This document shows, piece by piece, positions 24,168 through 33,262 of a stretch of DNA of 35,683 bases. The position numbers were made by a program, and so were the translations under genes. Within the stretch, counting starts at the first letter, position 1. Each line of letters starts with the position of its first letter. Where the stretch lies: the NCBI GenBank assembly GCA_046260475.1, contig JBHEPC010000244.1:1-35683 (forward strand). Reading direction: 5' to 3'. The notes under the pieces were generated by a model, which made no database searches, was not told where the DNA came from, and saw only the letters and a program-made list of their open reading frames with translations. The stretch is from Candidatus Krumholzibacteriia bacterium. GTDB taxonomy: Bacteria > Krumholzibacteriota > Krumholzibacteriia > LZORAL124-64-63.

Positions 24168-25172
24168 TCAGGGGCCGGGCTTGTTCGCCGTGGCCAGGAA
24201 GACGTCGGGCCAGCAGGGCGCCCGTCCCCCGGCGGGGGGGCGCGCCTCGCCGGCGGGCCCGGGCTGGCGGCTGCGCACCAGCCAGCGGCCCGGCGCGAGC
24301 CCCGCGGCGGTGCAGAAACCCTCCACCTGCGCGCGGGTGAAGCCCAGCCAGCGGTGGGCGAGCTCGTCCCGCATCCACTGCTCGTCGTGGGCGGCGAAGG
24401 CCGTCAGCAGCACGCGGCCGCCGGGCCTGACCACCCGCGCCATCTGCGCCACCGCCGCGGTCGGATCCTCCACGTGGTGCAGGACCATGCCGCAGTGGCA
24501 GGCGTCGAAGGTCCCGTCGCCGAAGGGCAGGGCCTCCAGGACTCCGTTGCACAAGGCCACCGTTTGCAGGCCTTCGTCCCGGCACACCGCCGCCGCGCGG
24601 GCCAGCATGGCCCGGCTGTGGTCCAGGGCCACCACCAGCCTGGCGGCGGCCCCGAACACCGGCAGCATGGCCCCGGTGCCGGTGCCGATGTCCAGGATGC
24701 GCAGGCCCGGCGCCACCAGGGCCGCCACCGCGCCCAGGGCCACGTCCGGGTGCTCGTACTCCCGGCGGATCGTGTCCCAGCGCTCGGCCAGGCCGCTGAA
24801 GAAGTCGTCGGTGCGGCGTCGCCGGGCGTTCAGCGCCTCGGCCAGCAGGCCGTCGTCCCGGGCCGCCCCGGCCACCTGCTCGGCGGCCTCCAGCAGGGCG
24901 GTCCGCAGCGGCTTGCCGTGGGGGAACGCCGCCGGGCCAGCCAGGCGGTACCAACTGAAGGTGCCCTCGCGGCGCTGCGTCAGCCAGCCCTGCTCCCGCA
25001 GCACGGCCAGGTGCCGCGAGACCCGCGGCTGGGCCAGGCCGGTGATCCGCACCAGCTCCTGGACGTTCAGCTCCTCGCGGCCCAGCAGGCGCAGCAGGCG
25101 CAGGCGCACCGGGTCGCTCAGGGAGTGGAAAAGGCCGGCAGGGTCCATTGCGGGGGGCACGCTTTCCTCCAT
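24168..25172 (-). CDS. sahR: ArsR-family HTH fused to a SAM-dependent methyltransferase-like domain (SahR-like regulator of the methyl cycle)
   Basis: HTH region LSDPVRLRLLRLLGREELNVQELVRITGLAQPRVSRHLAVLREQGWL. Methyltransferase fold ILDIGTGTGAM...VALDHSRAML...MVLHHVEDP...VVRPGGRVLL. Located directly upstream of ahcY. The start is ambiguous: ATG 25172, GTG 25160 (5 nt after GGAGG) or ATG 25148. Confidence 0.8.
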   Translation of the reverse strand: MEESVPPAMDPAGLFHSLSDPVRLRLLRLLGREELNVQELVRITGLAQPRVSRHLAVLREQGWLTQRREGTFSWYRLAGPAAFPHGKPLRTALLEAAEQVAGAARDDGLLAEALNARRRRTDDFFSGLAERWDTIRREYEHPDVALGAVAALVAPGLRILDIGTGTGAMLPVFGAAARLVVALDHSRAMLARAAAVCRDEGLQTVALCNGVLEALPFGDGTFDACHCGMVLHHVEDPTAAVAQMARVVRPGGRVLLTAFAAHDEQWMRDELAHRWLGFTRAQVEGFCTAAGLAPGRWLVRSRQPGPAGEARPPAGGRAPCWPDVFLATANKPGP

Positions 25173-25232
25173 CGTCCAGCCCGCTGGTAGGATAACCCGC
25201 GGCGGCGGCTGAGGCAAGCGTATTTATGTATT

Positions 25233-25253
25233 TATTCGAATACAATCATTATA
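25233..25253 (-). promoter_or_regulatory. AT-rich island with perfect -10 (TATAAT) and a 10-bp perfect palindrome TATTCGAATA; candidate promoter/operator of sahR-ahcY
   Basis: Reverse complement of 25248-25253 is TATAAT. TATTCGAATA at 25233-25242 is self-complementary, with weaker flanking symmetry (ATG..CAT, 25226-25249). This is the only AT-rich stretch for kilobases. No convincing -35. Confidence 0.4.
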
Positions 25254-25281
25254 TGCGTGCCAACCGCCGCCGCGGCCCGGC

Positions 25282-26521
25282 CTAGCCCGGATCCCGGACT
25301 CCCCCACCCGCGGCGCGGGCGGCCGCGTACCACACCAGGTCGGTCAACGGCAGGATGGGCAAATCCGGCGCCTCGAGGGCCAGGCCGTCGGCGATCTGGC
25401 CCAGGCAACCGGGGTTGGTGGTGACCACGAGGTCGGCGCCGGTGTCAGCCAGCAGGCGAGCCTTGCGCCGCCCCAGGTCCTCGGCCAGGTCCCGGTGGCG
25501 CAGGCCCCAGGCGCCCCCGCTGCCGCAGCACACCTCCGGCTCGGCGGGCTCCAGCACCTTCAGGCCGGGGATCCGCCGCAGCAGGGCACGGGGCTCGGCC
25601 ACGATGCCCCGGCCGTGCCGGGCATGGCAGGGGTCGTGGACGGCCACCCCCAGGGGCAGGCGGGCCAGGGGCGGCAGCGGCGCCTCGGCCAGCAGTTGGG
25701 TCGGATCGACGACCCGGTCGGACCAGGCCTGGTCCAGGTGCGCCAGTTCGAGGCTGCAGCCGGCGGCCTCCACGAGGATGGGCACGTCCGCCGGCACGCC
25801 CGCGAAGGCGACGCGGTTGCGCCGCCCGAGGGTCGCCGCGCGCCCCGGCCGGCCGGAGTGGGCGGCCAGGGCCCCGCAGCAATCCTGGCCCACCGGGATG
25901 GAGACCGCGAACCCGGCCGCCGCGCACAGGTCCCGCAGGCGGCGCGACGTGTCCGGCAGCAGGCCGGCGTTGGCGCAGCCGCGGAAGAAGGCCACGGGGC
26001 CCCCGGGAACGGCGCCGACGGCCGTCGCGGGCCGGCGCCACGGCGCCGGGGCCCCGGCCAGGCGGTCCAGCAGGCGGACCAGGTCGGCGTCCTCACGGGG
26101 GGCCCACGGTACGGTGCCCAGCAGCCGGGCCAGCGGCCAGCGGGCGCAGCAGGGCGAGGAAGCCCGGGCGGTCCAGACGGCGCAGGACCGGGCCCGGCAG
26201 GCCGGCGGCCGTGGCCGGCAGGCCCGCGTCGGCCAGGGCGTGGCCCTGGGCGAGCAGGGAGTACGGCACGCCGCTGGGGCAGGCGGTCTCGCAGGCCCGG
26301 CAGCCGATGCACAGGTCGAAGGCCTCGAGATAGCTGCGGTCGACGGGCCCGCCCGCGAGGGTCTCCCCCAGCAGCACCAGCCGGCCCCGCGGCGATTGCA
26401 CCTCGTTGCCGGTGGCCAGCCAGGTCGCGCAGTGGGGCAGGCACAGGCCGCACTGGACGCAGCGCCGCAGCAGGGCGTCCAGGTCCCGGGCCAGGCCGGG
26501 CGCCGGGCCGGGGCCGCTCAT
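25282..26521 (-). pseudogene. glcF: Glycolate oxidase iron-sulfur subunit GlcF-like (Fe-S + two CCG domains), interrupted by a +1 frameshift
   Basis: N-terminal part 26521-26093 (CVQCGLCLPHC..., CIGCRACETACP) ends at TGA 26095-26093. The C-terminal CCG-domain part (FFRGCANAG..., DCCGAL..., VCCGSGG..., NPGCLGQI) continues in another frame down to 25282. Removing one copy of the duplicated CCAGCGG (26130-26143) restores one ORF of about 410 aa. Confidence 0.8.
26130..26143. repeat. 7-bp tandem duplication CCAGCGG-CCAGCGG inside glcF
   Basis: Read directly: 26130-26136 and 26137-26143 are identical. Seven nt is not a multiple of three, and it sits exactly where the two glcF reading frames switch. 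Confidence 0.9.
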
Positions 26522-28914
26522 GGCCGCACCTTCGTCGCGTCCAGCCAGGGGGCGCAGGGCAGCCGGCCGTCCGGGTCGAACAGCGCCTTCAGGCGCGCCA
26601 GCAGGTCCCGCGGCACCCCGGGCGGCGGCGCCGGGGGCAGGGTCGGCCGGCCGCCGGCGTAGACCCGGTCCGCATCGATCCCCGCCGCGGCCACCGGCTC
26701 GGGAGTCCAGACCAGGGGTGGCGAGACTTGGCGGATCCAGCGGCGCGCGCCGTGGTCCGCAGGGCAGGGTCCCCCGTCGGCGGCCGTCAGGGCCGTCCAG
26801 TCGGGCCCGGCCACCGCCCACTCCGGCACGAGGTCGGCCAGGCGCGGCGGCACCTGGGTGAAGGGAAACTCGCCCCCGCCCGTCAGGGCCAGCCCACCGG
26901 CGGCGGCCGCGGCCTCCAGGCGCCGCAGCCAGGCGGGCAGGTCCCAGCTGCGGCCCCGGCCGGCGGCCAGGACCAGCAGGGTGCCCGCCTCGGCGTCGGC
27001 CACCAGCACCGGCGCGCCCGGGCCCGGCTCGCGCTGCGCCAGCACCGGACGCAGGGGGCCGGCGTCCGCGCCCGGGGCGGCGAAGCGGCGCCAGGCCAGG
27101 AGCTCCGGCGCCGGCGCCAGCTTGAGGGTGGCCCCGCGCACCGTCGCCAGCATGCCCTGCGCGCCGGCCAGCAGGTGCGCCAGGCCGTAGCCCACCACGT
27201 TCTTGAAAACCGGGGCGCCCGCGTGGAAGGGCCGGCCGGCGCCGTCCTCGGCCCAGATCTCCAGCAGCAGGTCCCGCAGGGTCAGGCCACCGACGGCCAG
27301 GGGTCCGGTGCGCAGCACCGCCAGCGCCGCCGCCAAGGGCGGCAGCGTGCCCAGGCCCGGTCCGCCGGCCTCCTGGCCCCGCACCGCGCCCAACGGCAGC
27401 CATAGGCCGCGGGCCAGGGCGGCCGCCTGCACCTGGCCGAGGTCCGCGTCGCCCGGAACGGTGACGCACAGGTCGTCCCAGCGGAACCGCACCGCGGTCG
27501 GCACCGGCGGCGGCTCGGCCCAACGGGGCGCGTGCGCGGGCAGGGCCTTGCCCGGGTTCAGCAGCCCGTCCGGATCGAAGGCGGCCTTGAGGCCGGCCAT
27601 CAGCCGCGCCGCTCCCGCGTCCAGTTGCCAGGGCACCGCGTGCAGCTTCTCCAGGCCCACCCCGTGCTCGCCGGTGACGCTGCCCTCCAGGGCGATCGCC
27701 CGGTGCAGGATGGCGTCGGCGGCGGCGTGGGCGCGCCGCCTCAGGTCCGGGTCGCGGTCGTCGTAGTGGACGCCCGGGTGGAGGTTGCCGTCGCCGGCGT
27801 GGAAGGCCGTCGCCACCTGCACGCCGTGCTCGGCCTTGATGGCGCCGATGGCCTCCACCAGCGCGGGCAGGTTACCCAGGGGCACCACCACGTCCATGGT
27901 CACGTAGCCCGGGGCCAGGCGCCCCACGGCGCCGAAGGCCTGCTTGCGGCAGGTCCACAGGCGAGCCCGCTCGTCCGCGTCGGCGGCCAGGCGCACGGTA
28001 CGAGCCCCCGCCAGCCCCAGCAGTTCCGCCGCCCGGGCCGCGTCCTCGGCCGCGGCCTCGGCGCTGCCGGCGAACTCGGCGATCATGACCGCGTCCACGT
28101 CGGTGGCGAACCCGAAGGCGAAGGCCGCCTCCACCGCCTCGAGCATGGCCCGGTCCACCATCTCCACCGCCACCGGCAGCAGGCCCGCGCCCAGCAGGCG
28201 CACCACCGCCCCGGTGGCGTCCTGCAGGCAGGGGAACTCGGCCAGCAGGGTGGCTTCCGCCGCGGGCAGCGGCACCAGGGACAGCTCGGCCCCGGTCACC
28301 ACGCCCAGGGTGCCCTCGCTGCCGCACAGCAGGCCCACCAGGTCCAAGCCCCGGGCGGCCGGGGCGCCGGTGCCGGTGGTCCAGGCCCGGCCCCGGGCGT
28401 CGAGCCAGTCGAGGCGGCGCAGGTGCTGCAGGGTGACGCCGTGGCGCAGGCAATGGGGACCGCCCGCGTTCTCGGCCACGTTGCCGCCGATGGTCGAGGC
28501 CGCCTGGCTGGAGGGATCGGGGGCGAAGTGCAGGCCCACCGGCGCCGCGTGCCGGCTGACCGCGGCGTTCAAGGCGCCGGCGCCGGCGCTGACCCGCAGG
28601 GCCGCGGCGTCCACCGGGCCGAGGTCCGCCAGCCGCGCCAGGGACAGCACCACCGCGCCGTCGCCGGGCACGGCCCCGCCGCTGAGGCCGGTGCCCGCGC
28701 CCCGGCACACCACCGGCACCCCGGCCGCGGCGCAGGCCTGCACGACCGCGGCGGCGGCTGCGGCGTTGCGGGGCAGGGCGACGGCGGCCGGTCGGCCCAG
28801 GGTCAGGTGCGACGCGTCGCGGGCGTACACGGCGCAGGCGGCCGCGTCGTCCAGCACGTCCCCGGCCGGCAGGACGGCGCGCAGCAGGTCAGCGGGTGCG
28901 GGTGCAGGGCGCAA
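26518..28914 (-). CDS. glcD: Fused FAD-linked oxidase GlcD + GlcE-like subunit (798 aa)
   Basis: TTG start 28914, 7 nt after GGAGG. Residues 1-458 are GlcD-like (RGAGTGLSGGAVP, TIGGNVAENAGG, GEHGVGLEK, FDPDGLLNPGK). Residues about 475-798 are GlcE-like (VFKNVVGYGLAHLLAGAQGMLATV...LKALFDPDGRL). There is no stop between them. The stop overlaps the glcF ATG (ATGA). Confidence 0.85.
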   Translation of the reverse strand: MRPAPAPADLLRAVLPAGDVLDDAAACAVYARDASHLTLGRPAAVALPRNAAAAAAVVQACAAAGVPVVCRGAGTGLSGGAVPGDGAVVLSLARLADLGPVDAAALRVSAGAGALNAAVSRHAAPVGLHFAPDPSSQAASTIGGNVAENAGGPHCLRHGVTLQHLRRLDWLDARGRAWTTGTGAPAARGLDLVGLLCGSEGTLGVVTGAELSLVPLPAAEATLLAEFPCLQDATGAVVRLLGAGLLPVAVEMVDRAMLEAVEAAFAFGFATDVDAVMIAEFAGSAEAAAEDAARAAELLGLAGARTVRLAADADERARLWTCRKQAFGAVGRLAPGYVTMDVVVPLGNLPALVEAIGAIKAEHGVQVATAFHAGDGNLHPGVHYDDRDPDLRRRAHAAADAILHRAIALEGSVTGEHGVGLEKLHAVPWQLDAGAARLMAGLKAAFDPDGLLNPGKALPAHAPRWAEPPPVPTAVRFRWDDLCVTVPGDADLGQVQAAALARGLWLPLGAVRGQEAGGPGLGTLPPLAAALAVLRTGPLAVGGLTLRDLLLEIWAEDGAGRPFHAGAPVFKNVVGYGLAHLLAGAQGMLATVRGATLKLAPAPELLAWRRFAAPGADAGPLRPVLAQREPGPGAPVLVADAEAGTLLVLAAGRGRSWDLPAWLRRLEAAAAAGGLALTGGGEFPFTQVPPRLADLVPEWAVAGPDWTALTAADGGPCPADHGARRWIRQVSPPLVWTPEPVAAAGIDADRVYAGGRPTLPPAPPPGVPRDLLARLKALFDPDGRLPCAPWLDATKVRP

Positions 28915-29033
28915 TGGGGAACCTCCGGTGGCCCGGCGGCACCGCGGGCTGCGGCGGCGCCACGGCCGTTGCCGTTCATGATCGGGCGCGACGCCGCCGA
29001 ACGCCAGCCCGAAGGCCCGCTCCGGCCCGCACG

Positions 29034-29062
29034 TTGACGCCCCCGGAGCCGGCCGTTATGTT
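29034..29062 (+). promoter_or_regulatory. Candidate sigma70 promoter for etfBA
   Basis: TTGACG (29034-29039), 17-nt spacer, TATGTT (29057-29062), about 70 nt upstream of the etfB ATG. Confidence 0.4.
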
Positions 29063-29130
29063 TGCGATGCAACTTCGTTCGATCGTTCCCACCGTCGGCG
29101 CGCCCCGGCGCCGCCTCCCCGGGAGGACCC

Positions 29131-29910
29131 ATGAAGATCGCCGTCTGCGTCAAACAGGTCCCGGATTCCGAGACCCGGATCACCCTGGCCGCGCCCGTGC
29201 CCGAGCTGGACCAGTCGGGCTTCACCCGCGTGCTCAATCCCTACGACGCCTACGCCGTCGAGGAGGCCGTGCGCATCAAGGAATCCCGCGAGGGGGTCGA
29301 AGTCACGGCCATCACCGTGGGCCCGCAGACCGTCAAGGAGACGCTCAAGAAGGATTGCCTGGCCGTGGGCTGCGACAAGGCCGTCATCATCGACGATCCC
29401 GCCCTGGCCAAGGCCGACAACGCCGCCGTCGCCAAGGTCCTGGCCGCCGCCCTGGGGCGCGAGAAGTACGACCTCGTGCTCTGCGGCATCAAGGCCATCG
29501 ACGACGACGCGGGCCAGGTGGGCATCCTGGTGGCCGAGCACCTGGGCGTGGCCCACGTCTCGACCGTCACCAAGCTGGAGCTGGGTGACGGCACCCTCAA
29601 GGCCGAACGCGAGATCGAGGGCGGCAAGGAGATCGTCGAGGCCGCCCTGCCCTGCGTGCTGACCTGCCAGAAGGGCCTGAACGAGCCCCGCCTGCCGAGC
29701 CTGCCCAACATCATGAAGGCGGGCGCGAAGCCCATGGAGACCGTGACCTGCGCCGACCTGGGCATCGAGCCGCCGGCCAACCTGGTCACCGTCAAGGCGT
29801 ATTCCCCGCCGCCGGCCCGCGGCGCCTGCAAGCTGATCGAGGCGGAGGATCCCGCCGCCGCGGCCCAGGAGCTGGCCCGCCTGCTGAACGAGGAAGCCAA
29901 GGTCATCTAG
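29131..29910 (+). CDS. etfB: Electron transfer flavoprotein beta subunit
   Basis: ATG 29131 after GGGAGG. Translation MKIAVCVKQVPDSETRI...LNPYDAYAVEEAVRIKE...VTAITVGP...DLVLCGIKAIDDDAGQVG. Confidence 0.95.
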   Translation: MKIAVCVKQVPDSETRITLAAPVPELDQSGFTRVLNPYDAYAVEEAVRIKESREGVEVTAITVGPQTVKETLKKDCLAVGCDKAVIIDDPALAKADNAAVAKVLAAALGREKYDLVLCGIKAIDDDAGQVGILVAEHLGVAHVSTVTKLELGDGTLKAEREIEGGKEIVEAALPCVLTCQKGLNEPRLPSLPNIMKAGAKPMETVTCADLGIEPPANLVTVKAYSPPPARGACKLIEAEDPAAAAQELARLLNEEAKVI

Positions 29911-29938
29911 TCATCCGGACCAACCGGGGAGTCGGACC

Positions 29939-30910
29939 ATGCCGAACATTGCGGTTTTCATCGAGCAGAGAGACGGCGTCCTCAAGAAGGTCGCCTGGCA
30001 GATGTTGAGCGAGGCCCGGCGCCTGGCCGACGCCCACGGGGGCGAGGTCTGGGGCGTGTTCCTGGGCCCGGACGCGGGCGCGGCCATCGCCGAGGCCGGA
30101 AAATACGGGGCCGACAAGGTCTTCACCGCCACCGGCGACGCCTTCGCGGTTTACGACAGCGAGCTGTGGGGCACCGCCCTGGCGGCCTTCGCCAGGGCGC
30201 AGCAGCCCGAACTGCTGCTCGTGGGCTCGACCGCCCTGGGCAAGGACCTCGGTCCGAAGACCGCCGCCAAGCTGGACTGCGCCTGCATCAGCGACGCGGT
30301 GGGCCTGAAGCACGAGGGCGGCTGGGAGATCCGGCGGCCCGTGTTCGCAGGCAAGTGCTACGCCGACGTCACCTTCACCACGCCGCTGGCGATCGTCGGC
30401 ATCCGGCCCAACGCCTTCGTGCTGGCGGAGAACCCCAAGGCGGGCGCGGCCGAGAGCTTCGACCCGGGCCTGGCCGGGGTCGCGTCCAAGGCCACGGTGG
30501 TGGCCGTGGAAGCCGCCGCGGCCGGCAAGGTCACCCTGACCGAGGCGGAGATCGTGGTCTCCGGCGGCCGCGGCATCAAGGGACCGGAGAACTACCCGCT
30601 GATCGAGAAGCTGGCCGAGGCCCTGGGCGCGGCGGCGGGCGCCAGCCGCGCCATCGTCGACGCGGGCTGGGTGGACTACAGCCACCAGGTGGGGCAGACG
30701 GGCAAGACCGTCGCGCCGAACCTCTACGTCGCCTGCGGCATCAGCGGCGCCATCCAGCACCTGGCGGGCATGAGCAGCAGCAAGTGCATCGTCGCGATCA
30801 ACAAGGACGCCAACGCGCCCATCTTCAAGGTGGCGGACTACGGCATCGTGGGCGACCTGTTCGCGGTGGTGCCGGCGCTGACGGACGCCGTCGGCAAGAT
30901 CCGCAGCTAG
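29939..30910 (+). CDS. etfA: Electron transfer flavoprotein alpha subunit
   Basis: ATG 29939 after GGGGAG. C-terminal FAD-binding signature VVSGGRGIKGPENYPLIEKLAEALGAAAGASRAIVDAGW...QVGQTGKTVAPNLYVACGISGAIQHLAGM...IVAINKD. Confidence 0.95.
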   Translation: MPNIAVFIEQRDGVLKKVAWQMLSEARRLADAHGGEVWGVFLGPDAGAAIAEAGKYGADKVFTATGDAFAVYDSELWGTALAAFARAQQPELLLVGSTALGKDLGPKTAAKLDCACISDAVGLKHEGGWEIRRPVFAGKCYADVTFTTPLAIVGIRPNAFVLAENPKAGAAESFDPGLAGVASKATVVAVEAAAAGKVTLTEAEIVVSGGRGIKGPENYPLIEKLAEALGAAAGASRAIVDAGWVDYSHQVGQTGKTVAPNLYVACGISGAIQHLAGMSSSKCIVAINKDANAPIFKVADYGIVGDLFAVVPALTDAVGKIRS

Positions 30911-30940
30911 GCCGGCGCCGCGGTCGCGGCCCACTCCGGA

Positions 30941-30964
30941 GACCGCCTCCCCCGGGGGGCGGTC
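30941..30964 (+). terminator. GC-rich hairpin after etfA (likely intrinsic terminator)
   Basis: GACCGCCTCC / GGGGGCGGTC 10-bp stem (one G-U), 4-nt loop, followed by TTCGTCGTCT. Confidence 0.5.
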
Positions 30965-31073
30965 TTCGTCGTCTCAGGGGCCGTCGCCCGCCGGCGACGC
31001 CGCAGCCCCGCCCCGCTGCCGCAGGACGACGGTCCCGGCCACCCGGTCGTGCAGACCAGCGCCGATCGGGCCG

Positions 31074-31955
31074 TTAGCGCCCCAGCTCCCGCCAGACCGC
31101 GGTCATGTTCAGGCCCGCCGCCTCGGCGATCTGGGCGTGCTCGCGGGCGCCCTCCCCGTCGCCGAGGTGGCTGAGCGCGATGCCCAGGTAGCCGTGGGCC
31201 AGGGCGTCGTCGGGGTTCAGCTCCAGGGCGCGGCGGCAGGACTGGGCCGCGGCGTCGAACTGGCCGAACTCGCAGAACAGCTTGCCTTGCCGGGCCCAGG
31301 CGGTGGACGAGGTCGGGTCCAGGGTCAGGGCCTGCCCGTAGGTGGTGAAGGCCTCCCGGTGCTTGCCCTGCTTCTCGAAGACCTGGCCCAGGGCCAGCCA
31401 CAGGCCGGCGTGCTCGGCCCCTTCGGCGATGAACTGCAGGCAGGTCTCCTCGGCCTCGGCCACCTGCCCGTTGTCGCACAGGCCACGCACCAGGCGCACC
31501 ATCGGCAGCGGGTCGCCCGGGGCCAGGGCCACCGCCCGGCGGAAGGAGTCCAGGCCCGAACGGGCCCAGCCCATGGCCAGGTAGATCTCGCCCAATTGGA
31601 CGTGGGCGCCGGCGTGGCCGGCGTCCATCACCAGGGCCTCGCGGGTGGCGGTCTCGGCCTTGGTCCACTTCTTCTGCAGCTGGTACGCCCGCCCCAGATC
31701 GACCAGCAGGTCGGCCGTGACGTCCGCGCGGACCTTGCCCCGCTCGAGGATCGAGGCGGCGGCGACGGGGTTGCCGGCGGCGAAGTAGAAGGCGGCGTAG
31801 TCCTGGTAGGCCCGGGCGTTGGCCGGATCGGCCGCCAGCAGGCTCTCCCCCTCGACCTTGGAAGCGACGTCGGCGCCCGCGGCGCCCGCGGACAGGAGGC
31901 TGAAGGTGGTCACGGCGGCGAGAAGGCCCAGACGGGCGGCCGTCTTGCAATGCAT
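31074..31955 (-). CDS. Secreted TPR-repeat protein
   Basis: ATG 31955, 6 nt after GGGGGAG. Signal peptide MHCKTAARLGLLAAVTTFSLLSAGAAGA, followed by several TPR-like repeats (GLWLALGQVFEKQGKHREAFTTYGQALTLDP..., AWARQGKLFCEFGQFDAAAQSCRRALELNP...). Confidence 0.75.
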   Translation of the reverse strand: MHCKTAARLGLLAAVTTFSLLSAGAAGADVASKVEGESLLAADPANARAYQDYAAFYFAAGNPVAAASILERGKVRADVTADLLVDLGRAYQLQKKWTKAETATREALVMDAGHAGAHVQLGEIYLAMGWARSGLDSFRRAVALAPGDPLPMVRLVRGLCDNGQVAEAEETCLQFIAEGAEHAGLWLALGQVFEKQGKHREAFTTYGQALTLDPTSSTAWARQGKLFCEFGQFDAAAQSCRRALELNPDDALAHGYLGIALSHLGDGEGAREHAQIAEAAGLNMTAVWRELGR

Positions 31956-32063
31956 GGTGCTCTCCCCCGGGAGGATGGCTTGCAACCTGCCGTCCCGGGT
32001 CCCTCCCGGCACGGCCCGAGGGGTCGGATGCAAGGCCGGTGCCACCGGGCCCGGCCGGGCCGC

Positions 32064-33104
32064 TCAGCCCAGCCGCGCCCGCACCGCCGTGACCTCGGCA
32101 TCCGCCTCGTCCACGATCTCCTGCAGGATCTCCCTCAGGGGCTGCACCTTGCGCAGCATGCCCACCGACTGGCCCGCCATCAGGGAGCCGTGCTCGACGT
32201 CCCCATCGACGGCGGCGCGGCGCAGGGAGCCCACCCAGTACTCCTCCACCTTGAACTGGGCTTCCTGACGGCCGAGGGTGCCGGCCTTCATCTGGGCCAG
32301 CAGATCCAGCTGCAACTCGCCGAAATGGGTCATGGCGTGGTTGTTCAGGGCGCGCACCGAGACCACCGGCAGCTTGGCGCTGTACTGGGGCGTGGCGGTG
32401 GCCTCGCGGGCGCGGGCCTTGATGAACACGTCCTTGAACTTCGGGTGGGCGTTGCACTCCTGGGCCATGACGAAGCGCGTGCCCATCTGGGCGCCGGCCG
32501 CACCCATCAGGGTCAGGTGCGCGATCATCCGGCCGGTGCCGATGCCGCCGGCCACGAAGATGGGCACCTGGGGGAACGCGAAGAGGATCTCCTGCAGCAG
32601 CACCACCGTCGAGACGTGGCCGATGTGCCCCCCCGCCTCGCTGCCCTCGAGGATCAGGGCGTCGGCGCCGTACTCGATCATGCGCTTGGCGATCGAATCG
32701 GTGGAGGCGAAGCACAGCACCTTCGCGCCCGAATCCTTGGCCTTCTGCACCTCGGTCTGCCGCGGGATGGAGCCGGCGAAGACGATGTGCCCCACCTTCT
32801 GCTCGCAGAGGATGTCCAGGTGCGGCAGGTAGTTCGGGGCGATGGTGATGACGTTGCCGGCAAACGGCCGGTCGGTCTGCGCCCTGGTCTTCTGCACGAA
32901 GTCGGCGAACATCTCCGGCGGCATGTTGCCGGCCGCGAGCACGCCGAACGCGCCCAGGTTGCTCATGCGCGACACCAGGTCCGGGTCGCTGATCCAGGTC
33001 ATCGCCCCGCACATGACGGGCAGTTCGGTGCCGAGGAATTCCCGGCCCCGCTGCCAGATCCGGGCCAGCTGGGGCGTGGCCTTGACGGGGGTGTCGGCGC
33101 TCAT
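32064..33104 (-). CDS. NMO-family FMN-dependent oxidoreductase (nitronate monooxygenase / FabK-like)
   Basis: ATG 33104 after GGGAAGG. Translation LPVMCGAMTWISDPDLV...LILEGSEAGGHIGH...PIFVAGGIGTGRMIAHLTLMGAAGAQMGTRF. Confidence 0.85.
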   Translation of the reverse strand: MSADTPVKATPQLARIWQRGREFLGTELPVMCGAMTWISDPDLVSRMSNLGAFGVLAAGNMPPEMFADFVQKTRAQTDRPFAGNVITIAPNYLPHLDILCEQKVGHIVFAGSIPRQTEVQKAKDSGAKVLCFASTDSIAKRMIEYGADALILEGSEAGGHIGHVSTVVLLQEILFAFPQVPIFVAGGIGTGRMIAHLTLMGAAGAQMGTRFVMAQECNAHPKFKDVFIKARAREATATPQYSAKLPVVSVRALNNHAMTHFGELQLDLLAQMKAGTLGRQEAQFKVEEYWVGSLRRAAVDGDVEHGSLMAGQSVGMLRKVQPLREILQEIVDEADAEVTAVRARLG

Positions 33105-33262
33105 GGCGGTCCTTCCCTGCCGATCGGTCCCTGATTCGACGTGACGGCCTCCGCGGCAAGCCGTCCGGTTCCGTGGTCCCGATCAATAACAGAACGCCTC
33201 CGGTTTGACAAGCGGGCGGCGCGGTCGGTAGTCTGAACGGGGCAGCGGCCTTGCGGCCGCGC

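Noticed and set aside
24106-25245. N-terminal 380 aa of the 805-aa ORF ending in ahcY
   Set aside because: This is an off-frame read-through over the sahR-like gene. AhcY starts at ATG 24105 with an AGGAG SD.
33195-33230. TTGACA-18-TAGTCT promoter-like sequence on the plus strand
   Set aside because: No plus-strand gene lies downstream, so it would read antisense into the Fe-S oxidoreductase gene. The same stretch read on the minus strand (TTGTCA-17-TATTGA) could serve the NMO gene, but its -10 is poor, so neither is reported as a feature.
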